Shown piece by piece: positions 54,799-64,000 of a stretch of 64,000 nt of DNA (positions are counted from its first letter, which is position 1; each line of letters begins with the position of its first letter). Source of the DNA: Fimbriosthenelais zetlandica (taxonomy: Eukaryota); assembly GCA_977030845.1 (NCBI GenBank), contig OZ365112.1, forward strand, positions 16,430,001 to 16,494,000, written 5' to 3'. Under the pieces are notes generated by a model. It ran no database searches. It saw only the letters and a program-made list of their open reading frames with translations, and was not told the DNA's origin. The position numbers and the translations under genes are program-made.

Positions 54799-54873
54799 CT
54801 GAAAAGAAATATATAGGATTTTATAAGAGGGGTGGAAACAGTTCAGCATAATTTAGTAAGTAAAGATACACAC

Positions 54874-54923
54874 CTTGTGTTTGGAACACACTAACGTGAA
54901 GTTTTCCTCATCAAATAGACACT
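54874..54923 (-). CDS. TCF20/RAI1-like, final PHD exon
   Basis: gtttttcag|AG TGT CTA TTT GAT GAG GAA AAC TTC ACG TTA GTG TGT TCC AAA CAC AAG|gtgtgt, encoding (E)CLFDEENFTLVCSKHK. This matches the ENF..xCxKH end of TCF20/RAI1. Confidence 0.9.
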
Positions 54924-55040
54924 CTGAAAAACGACCATGAAAACATTCAATAAAATTAATATAAAATTAAATATTTGCATACCCACTACAAATGATGAGA
55001 TTTTTGAAAGAATGATTATAGGATTACTGAGGGTACCCAC

Positions 55041-55134
55041 CTTTTTCTGTAGCACAAAGGTAATGGAACTTGAGGGTACATCCTTTACTGTAACATCCAA
55101 GATTGGCCCCGGCTTGCTTACAATAGCTACAAAC
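55041..55134 (-). CDS. TCF20/RAI1-like, ePHD exon
   Basis: atttcag|GTT TGT AGC...GAA AAA G|gtgggt; 94 nt encoding VCSYCKQAGANLGCYSKGCTLKFHYLCATEK, the PHD Cys/His ligands. Phase matches the flanking exons. Confidence 0.93.
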
Positions 55135-55363
55135 CTGAAATATTCAAAATACTTACATTAGCATAATGAACATGTTTAAGTATCATTAGTGTCAGCCAAT
55201 TGGGGCCTAAAAAATACCCTATCTCCTCAAAATTATCCTCAATTTTTACCTTTAAGATTTGGGGATGTGATTACCTTACATGATCTTACATGAGGAAGAA
55301 GAATTCTGCATGAACTAAAAGCTTTTCAATACACAATTATTTTTGTTCATAATATTGACTTAC

Positions 55364-58300
55364 TGTTTGTTGGGCATGACTAATGGCCTCTTCTAGACCA
55401 TGGACTTTGCCTCCAGCTATGTACACCCCGTGTGACCACACTGCACATTCTTCATGTACCCAGATCTCTGGTGGTAAGTCATCACTGATACTCTCTCTCC
55501 TGGGTGACCCTAGCGTCGAGCCTACACATGGTTCTCGAGATTTTCTTCTCCTCCTCGTCCCTCCACCCATCCTCTCCTCCTCTCCTGGTGACGTGCTGTA
55601 TTTCCGCCGTCTGCGTCTCTTGCTGCCCGGGGTCTGTGGTGTGTCTGTAAGGGTCGGTGAAGGGAGAGAGGTCGAAGGTTGAGGGTCAGAGGGAGTCTCA
55701 CTTGTAGATGTAGCTGCAGGATGAGTTAATTTGGAAGCTGAAGGAGTGTAGTTTTCTGGGTAGTATGGCCCGTATAATGCACCCAGAGTGCCAGGAATGC
55801 TGCCTTTACCACAGAAAGCACACAACCATGGCACAGAGTCTGACAAAACAAATGATGTGGGCATGGCAACACTGGAGGACTTCTCTCTATTCTTGCCCTT
55901 CTTTTCTTTACTGGTCTTTTCCGTCTCAAACCAGTCAGGAGTATTGACTACTTCACAGGAGTCTGGGCTGTCTCTCATTCCAGTCACTCGTACAAATGGT
56001 CCAGGGAGACCTTCATATTTCTTTTTCTTGGGGAGAGGTTGGGCTGCATCTCCTGCTCTCTTTAACATGGCTTTCAATGATTCTTCCTCCTGTTCATAGT
56101 CTATATTCTCACCTCCCCCTCCGCCTCCTGTCCCACCTCCGCCTTTCCGCTTCTTACGTTTGATGGGTACCTTGTTTTTGCTCCCATAGGGCCGGCCACG
56201 TTTCTTTTGTATACTTTTGTTGGCATCGTTACTTGGGCTACCAGCACTAGAGGGAGCCACATGACTGGGGCCTGGCTTCACATCGTTCTCACCTACCTCC
56301 TCTGATTTCACCACTGGCTCACTAGGTGGAGACACAGTGCTAGGTGTGTTCCCGGGAGTAACCTGGGTAGCCTGGGGTGTGATGGGAGCTGGGGTTGAGG
56401 TGAGGCTTGGACCTGGGGTTGGGGATGTCATTGTAGGTGGGACAGGGGTAGAAGTGTTTGGTTCTTGTTTGAGCTTTGCAGGTGGTGTTGTACTGGCAGA
56501 GGCTGGTGGGCTTCTTTTACTTCCTCCAGGTGAAACCCCGGGGGAGCCACCCCGCCCCCTACCTGCGGGGGTACTCCTGGGTGTTTGTGCTCCTCCACCC
56601 CTTGCACCGCGACCACGATTCCGGCCTCTTCCACTGCTACGGAGAGGTGGACGGACCAAAGGCTGTCTCTTATCAAGATCCACTTTAGCTGTCATGACAA
56701 CACCATCCACCTCCTTCTTAATCTTTTTAGTTGATTTTACAGGAAGCACAAATTCAGTGTCACTACAATCGGATTCAATCTCTATAGGCAAGTCTATGAA
56801 GTTGGGAAGATGAGGTTGCCTTCTTTTCCGAATACCTTTCCGCACAGCGCCATGATCACTGCCCGGGTGTTCGTCACGCCGGTTTAATTCTGCATTGTCC
56901 ATCTCATTCATTGAACTACACACAGTTTTCTCTACCATTAATTTTGGGCACTCTGGTTTAGTTACCTCAGACTGAGGTTTGGAGTCAATTGAGCAAATTT
57001 TAGGTAAGCTGAGATCAGCTGGGCTATGCTTGGAGTCAATATTTATTGAAATCATTTTGTCCTTTTTCTTGGGAGGAACACTCAAGTCCTCAGCAGCTGT
57101 CATAGGATTTGTGAATGGTAATGGAACCCTTGATTCCTTACTGCAGTGATTTGTATCATTCACAGAACACCGATCACTATCTATGTGCTTTATTGAATTG
57201 GCATCTTTCTCAAGGGGTTTAAGTTCACGTTTTTTAGGTGAGACGTCTCTCTTCCTAGGGCCCACTGCAGGATTTTCACCCAAATGATTGACATTTAGAG
57301 ATGTGTTACGGTTTTCACTGCCCCCATGTCTATTTATAGTGGGACTGGGTAGTTGGGTAACAGTCTCTTGATGTTTTTGTTCTCTTCTAGCCTGGTTCTC
57401 AGGGCTCAGCTTCAGGGTATCCATTTTTTCACTTGTCACTGATGAAGGAGACACCTGCTGGCTGGGTGGAGAGGACAAGGGAGGACTCAACAATGGTTTT
57501 GTTTTTGAATCCCCACACTTAACACCAGACTGCAAATTCAGAGCTATCATCTCCAGTTTAGATCCTTTGCCTTTAGTCCTTATCCTATTAAAACCAAGGG
57601 TAGCAGCTAAGTTTGCAGGTTTGCTAGCACTATTTGTGTTACTATTGCTTTGGGAAGCCTGCGCTAAAGCAGCATCAAGTTGAGCTTTTGGGTCAATGTT
57701 TGCACACCTAGTGGACTTGCTAAGATCCATGGCAGTTTCTTTGGGATCTATTACCCCAGTATCTATATGTAATTCCTCTACAGTTTGAGCAAGTATTGGA
57801 CTTGGCACTAAATTAGTGGATGATGGAGCCTTTGCAGATTGTCTTTCAGACCCATCTGGTTTCAAAGCAGGTAAATTGGAATCTTTGCTCCCTGGATTTC
57901 TGTTGAAAAGACCTTGGTCTAACCGAGAGTTTGTTGCATGTGTTGATTTCGATAGTGAAGATACTATATCGGATATTCGTTTAGACCTAGTCCTTGAATC
58001 AGAATTTCTGCTTGGAACAGACTCTGTTTTCTTTGTCTTATTATTAGTCTCACTGTCACAACCTGTCTTTGACAGGTCTTTATGAACTGCAGCTTCTTTG
58101 CTAGTTTCAGTATTTTGGTCTATTTTTTTAACAAGTTTCCTATCAGGACTAGGGTCCCCTGTCTTCTTCTCCTGATCGCCAGCAGGAGCACGAGTCACCT
58201 CCAAATGTGAATTTTCCTTTGGAGATTCTTTAGGCTTACTTTGAGATTTGCCATTTTCATTTTTCTCTAAGTTAATGTCCGATTTTAATGGGCCATTCGC

Positions 58301-61300
58301 TTGTCCAGGAACCTGTTGTACCATTTCCTTTTCTTGCACAGCTTTATCAAGAATGACACTAGCTTTCACCTGCTCTTTACTTTGAAGATTCTTCTGACTA
58401 TTTTCCTTCCTGTTTGTTAGTGTTTTTTCCAATTTTTCCTTTATTATATCCTCAATCTTTGGACGTCCCTTACTTGTTTCTTTTCTCTTAACCTCCTCCT
58501 TCTGAACTGTTTCTTCAGAGGTTTTCAACTTTGGATGCTCTTTATTCTCATCCATAGGACATCCTTTCACAATGCCTACTTCTTTTCCTTCATCAAGTTT
58601 TAGGATATGTTGGCGAATGGGCCGTATGTCACTCACAGGTTCTAATTTAGTATCAGGGCCATTGGTTTTCTCAGATTTCTCTGGAATATTTTCAGCTTTT
58701 ACAGATTTCTTCTCACTTATTTTACCATTTTGTTGACTTTCCGTAGATTGAGTGGAATCTGAAGAACAGGGTTTCTTCACCTTAGATTCCTTGATGTCTG
58801 GTTTTGCTGGCTCCTGAGCAGAAATATCAGACACTGATTGCACACCTTTTTTATTCCGTTTTGTTGTTAATGATTCAGGAAACTTTTCAGTCTTTTCTGC
58901 TGGCATTATACTTTTCTTATCAGTAATGTCTTCAGTGTCTTCATGTGATAGCACAGTGGGAGGTTTTTTGTTTGGCGATATACATTCCTTGTTGTCAGAT
59001 TTCGATTCAGGACTCTTTCTGCAGGGAACATTGTCTTTTGTGACATCTCCTTGCAACATACTCACAGATGTATCATCATTTAGCACTGACTCAGAGACAC
59101 CTTTCTTTACATCAGATGACTCAATACTGTCCTTTTCACTTCCAGCTTTGTCAGGGGTGTCTTTCTTAGATTTAGATTTGTTCTCAACAATCTTTTTTGT
59201 TGAAGTTTCAACGGTACCCTCTTTCTTAGCAGTAGACTTATTCAAGGAACTCTTACTCTTTGGAGATGTTTCTGTATTAATTTCCTTGTCAGAAATTTTC
59301 TTTGCTGCAGCATTCTTTTTACTAGGGGATGTATCTGTGACCGATTTTTTGCTATCACTACCCTTGGACCCCTGACTCTTGTCCAGTGCATTTTTACCGA
59401 CACTTTCTTTTTCCACAACTAACTTGGCTCTAGCTTGTGCTTTCTTTGGAGATGTGCCAGGGTCTGTAGCCCTTTGTTTATCACTGTCCTTAGATTCAAT
59501 TATTTTCTCTAAATTAACCGTTGCTTCCTTAGTACTGTGCTTTTTATCTACTGATGAGTCAAGAGTTTCTAACATGGGATGAGAATTCCCACGTACAGCC
59601 TTTGACGTTTCATTTTTCAATTTCTTTTCTTCAGATGGTTTGTATATTTCAGACTCTTCACCTTCTGTTGCTGCAGTGCTAGATGATTTAACGGCTGACA
59701 TATTGTTACATCCCTCACCTGACACCTTTGAAGATAATTCTTTATTCATTTCAGGCTGGTTGTGTACTTCCAAACCAATTTCTTCTTTTTCTACCTTTGA
59801 TTCATGGGTTTTCTTCTTATCGGGCTTAGAATCATCCTTTGAGTGTTCATTCTTTGTAGTTTTGGATGTTTTCTGATCATTAGAATTCTCTGAAACCCCT
59901 TCCTTTGTGTTCGCTGCCTTAGGAGCCAAAGTATCACTTTCCTTGTTTTTAGTTTTGGTTTCTGTTTTTTCTTGTGGTATCCCTTTTGCAGACTTTAATG
60001 TGTCTTTTTTGGGCGAATTACCTTCCTTTTTATCTGAAGTTTCAGTCAACTTGGGTTTCCTTTTCTCAGGTGTTTTGGGTTTGGATTGCCCTGCAGTACC
60101 ATCACACTTGGATATTGGATCTGCAGCTGTGACTTGGGAATCACCATTGTCCTTTTTTGCTTCAGCTTTCGCAGGTTCATCTATCAGAGTCTTTTTTGTG
60201 GCAGTATCACCTTCAGATACATCAATCTCATTTCCCTTCTTTGTTTCAGATGCTACTTTTCCAGAAGCTCTTCTCTTTTTTGCCTTCCGCTCTACTGGTA
60301 CCTCCTTAATACTTGGGTCAGAAGCTTTTGATGGGCTCACTCCATTCACTAAGGGGAGTTTGTCTTCTTTACTACTCACCTCACCAGTCTTTTTAGCACC
60401 AAGAACATCACTTTTAGAACAGTTATGTTTCGGGTCCTCCTCAGGTTTTGAACTAGGTCCATTTGTCAAGGTCATGCCTTTGATATCACTAGCACCAGCT
60501 TTAGTGACTGCATTATTGCCAATTCTCCCTTTTCGCCTACCAACAGGCCCAGTTTCTTTTTTGGGATTGTCTTCTCTTCCCCTCCCACGACCAGCACCTT
60601 TCTGTGGACTACTGCCTAATCTCTTCCTCTTTGTCTCTGGTTCATCTTGTAACAAACTTCTCGCCCTCTTAGCTGCATTTTCAGCCTCTGCGGCTGCCAT
60701 CGCCTCCTGAAGTTTTGCCCGTGCTGTAGCTTTAGTTCTTGCTGGTCGCAACGGACGCGCTGCCACAGGTGGATTCGGTTTCACACTATTAATTTCTGTA
60801 TTTCCCGCCCCCTTTGAAGTGTCTTCCCCTGTGTTACTGAGGGAAGTGCTTTTGACATGAATTCCAGCTTCTACAGCAGGGTTACTGGCATTAGACAGCT
60901 TGGAGTCATTCAAACAATGTGTTCCATCATCACACTTGGGTAAATGTGATGGCTGGGAGCCTGATGGAGATTCTCGACACACTTCAGGGGGCGCATCACC
61001 GTTTTTTGACGGTTCCTCGTTTTTTGAATCACCTGAGTTAGCCAAACAGGCATCATTGACCACACTCTTGGGATCAATGACCTGACTTTCGGGCAGCATG
61101 ACAAGCTTCTGGAGGGATTGCAGTGGGTTAAAGGCCGGAGGTTTCTGGTCAGGAGGAGCAGTTTGTTGTTGCTGTTGTTGAAGCTGCTGTTGTTGAGATT
61201 GTGGCTGTTGCTGCTGCTGTTGTTGGTGCCCCGCCATAGTATATATAGACCCAGTTGGTGGGGCTCCACTGTCCATATACATTGCAGAACTGGCAGGCAC

Positions 61301-62144
61301 CTGACTGTTAGTCTGACCTTGGGAGAAACCTGAAGGGCTTGAATGAGTAGAGGAAGAGTTCATATAGCTATTACTGGGTGAGAAATGTCCTGAAGGTCCT
61401 TGATTGTTGGGAGACCTCATATTGGAGGCAACATGAGCAGGGGAGTGCTGGCCACCCATCGGTGGTAAGGGTGATGGAGTAGGGTGGGGCATGTTATGCA
61501 TTGGAGAACGCATAGGAGTCGGTGTGCAATTCATGGGTGATTGCATTGGCATACTGGGTGAGCGCATGCCAGCCAGACTTGGAGAAGCCACAGAATGGGC
61601 TGCAGGCGATCGCTCTGGTCCCGGAGCTGGGCTTCTCATAGGACCAGGACTTGTACTAGGCAGACTATGGTTACTGTGAACAGAAGCTGGACTGCACACC
61701 TGAAGTGGGCTCATAGGAGAAGGCTGATTGGGATTAGACATAGGAACCGAATTAGGATACATGAACTGTTGACCTGGACCCATCTGTCCTTGATTCATTT
61801 GATTTTGAGGGTGACCCATCTGACCACTGTGTGGAGGATATTGGCTGGAGAACTGGTTCGGATTGTTCTGCATCATATGAGGGGAATGTTGGGGCATTTG
61901 ACCCATCTGCGATGGCATGGGCTGGGAGGGGTATTTCCCCATCGGTGGTTGCGGTCCAGCCATCGGCATGGGACCATTCCCAGAATATGAGTTTGATGCC
62001 ATCTGAAGGATGCTATCTGCCACTTGTTGTGGACTCTGATGTGGTTGTTGCTGCTGCTGCTGTTGGCCCTGTTGCTGTTGTTGTTGCGGCTGCTGAGGCG
62101 GTTGTTGCTGCTGCTGCTGCTGTTGTTGTTGTTGTTGTTGCTGT

Positions 62145-62186
<42 letters not shown>

Positions 62187-62572
62187 AATTGCCGCATGTG
62201 AGGGTGGGAAGGGTGAGGTGGCATGTTGCCATGATACATGTTGCCTTGTGGACCACCCATGTTGTTGTTATAGGGCTGATTATGAGGTCCACTGTAAGCC
62301 CCTGGACCAGGGCCGTAGGGTGGATGCCCATATCCAGGATGAGGAGGCATGTTAGCAGGATGCTGTTGTGGAGGCATTGGTCCACCAGGTCCCATGTATG
62401 GGTTGTTACCATACTGGCCCATTTGTTGTGAGGGGTGTTGCTGGCCATGCCGCTGCCACATTGGCCCAGGTCCTGGACCTGGACCCGGACCTGGCCCCGG
62501 TCCTTGTCCCTGGTTGTAGTAACCTTGGTTTCCTCCTTGGTATGGGCCCATGTTAGGTGGCATTCCTCCTCC
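55364..62572 (-). CDS. TCF20/RAI1-like transcriptional coregulator, giant coding exon (2,403 codons)
   Basis: Acceptor tttttcag|GGA GGA GGA ATG and donor CAA ACA|gtaagt. It encodes a Q/P/G/M-rich N-terminus, a long K/S/E-rich low-complexity middle, an AT-hook-like KKRGRPYGSK, and the C-terminal WLCAFCGK...LYGPYY...EIWVHEECAVWSHGVY...GLEEA typical of the TCF20/RAI1 extended PHD. Upstream exon(s) were not identified in the window. Confidence 0.92.
62102..62185 (-). repeat. CAG/CAA repeat encoding 28 consecutive glutamines
   Basis: 84 nt of mixed CAG/CAA codons between TTG (L) and CCG (P). Shorter Q runs follow at about 62045-62095 and 61165-61225. Confidence 0.97.
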
Positions 62573-64000
62573 CTGAAAAACATAAAACAATTAACACTAT
62601 AGTTCAGGATGTGGTCAAAGTTCTGACACAAAGTACAGACAAAACATATTGGCTTTCAGTATTCTTTATAATAGTCAATGTAATAAGTTATAACAAGGAT
62701 TTGTAATCAATTCTTTTAACGAGGACCCATTATATGCTAAGGTAGAGTAGTGGGGTGCTAGTTGGGAAGGGTAGGTTCGAGAAAGGAAATGGCTGACAGA
62801 TTCCTCCGACGTCTCCCCCCAATCAGCGTTATAAATTGCATGTGTTAGGGCATATCAGTGAAAAGCTACATCAGTGGAAGGCAAGTCTTGGAAAGGCCCC
62901 TTAATCCCAAGAAAGGCCTGCATTATAGGACTCTACGGGTGGATTCAGGCCAGCTAATGGTAGGAAGACCATTATTTCACTGTGTAGAAATCACCGAGTG
63001 CGGCGAACAGCTGTGGCACAAGAGCCTGTAATGGATTAAAAGCCAGCCTTGGCAGGTCTGCTATAATGGGGGTTGGGTTGGGATATCGTTATCTGGTTTA
63101 AGGGCCAGAGACCCAGGACAGCTAGTCATTCACAGAGGACAAGAGCAGCTCTAGCCTGGTGATGGGATTACGGCAGCCAGGGAGGAGCTCAGCTCCCTGG
63201 CGATTGGTTTTGTAGCCAGACCCACAGTAGACTTGCCACAGACTTAATTACATTTTCACCTATTATTCTCCCCCAACGTCACTACTAGTATACGATACAG
63301 GCACAGACCATCTCTGTATCGCTGCTAAGACTAGATGTTCGGTCAAGACAATGGTTTTAGCCAATATGCACCTCACTATGGGGAAGGCATTAGAGGCCTG
63401 CGTTTATAGATTAAACCAATAACGAGCAGTGGCACTAGCAGAATATTATAAAGATTGTCAGAATGTAGGCACGACCCCTGTAATAGGGACACGCTACACC
63501 CTGACATCTCTTGGCCTTTGAGGGGAGGCGTGGGATGCACTCCTTCCTGGTAAAGCTTTAAGCAGCAGGAACTGGGGGCTTCCTTCCTTTACTCCTGCCA
63601 TCGTCAGACATGGTATACACTGATGACAAGCCTACACAACCTGGTCTAGCTGTGTAGACACAGGCTAAAAGCTCGACTAATGCACCTTCTTCCGATGTTA
63701 ATACCCTGTAATGTCTGTTAACGAGCAGTTTCTCATTTGTTTCTGTCATGGATGGTCTAAAGGACCTGAATTGGTTCATGGAGGGAATAAGACTTCCGTA
63801 CAGACTACCCCTCACAGAGTGACACACAAGATATTAATATCATCCCCTCCATCAACATACGTATAACATATAAGACAATACAGCTCAGCCACGGCAAAAA
63901 CTATAACCAGGGTATTTAGCCTATTGTCATGTACTACTTGTATATCTCACGAAACATGGGGCAACATCTCACAATACTTTATGCCTGCTAGTAATCCTGA

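Noticed and set aside
55383-62631. Many ORFs overlapping the giant exon on the + strand or in alternative frames (e.g. 59907..60710, 61831..62355, 62024..62431, 61873..62631)
   Set aside because: They are antisense or frame shadows of a codon-biased, repetitive CDS. The poly-L, poly-V/A and poly-S/N translations come from the CAG/CAA tract.
63558-63827. 89-aa minus-strand ORF as a candidate upstream TCF20-like exon
   Set aside because: No ATG start or convincing in-phase splice sites, and the composition is unlike the Q/P/G-rich N-terminus. Probably intronic or TE-derived.

Overview
AT-rich animal genomic DNA, probably from an invertebrate (the protein style suggests a lophotrochozoan, but this is a weak inference). 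It holds two spliced genes in tandem on the minus strand. (1) The 3' part of a TCF20/RAI1-family chromatin regulator: a 7,209-bp coding exon (55364-62572) with polyQ, an AT-hook and the start of an extended PHD finger, two small ePHD exons, and a tandemly duplicated candidate last exon. (2) About 2.6 kb downstream, the promoter and first four coding exons of a non-muscle myosin II heavy chain (MYH9/MYH10/zipper type) at 51317-51670, 49934-50090, 16782-16809 (28-nt microexon) and 2794-2914; the gene continues off the left edge. The 33-kb and 14-kb myosin introns are full of transposon remnants. The best preserved are a 1,377-bp foldback element (TGT...ACA ends, 6-bp TSD, hairpin arrays), a 4.9-kb ISL2EU-like element with perfect 41-bp TIRs and an internal minisatellite, and an abutting element with a perfect 88-bp inverted repeat. 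Decayed LINE, Gypsy, Penelope and piggyBac fragments are also present. The most interesting leads are a possible 74-aa basic loop-1 extension of the myosin motor, the duplicated last exon of the TCF20-like gene, and the TCF20/RAI1-myosin adjacency. No CRISPR array, rRNA or intact tRNA was recognised. All family assignments were made by eye, without database searches.
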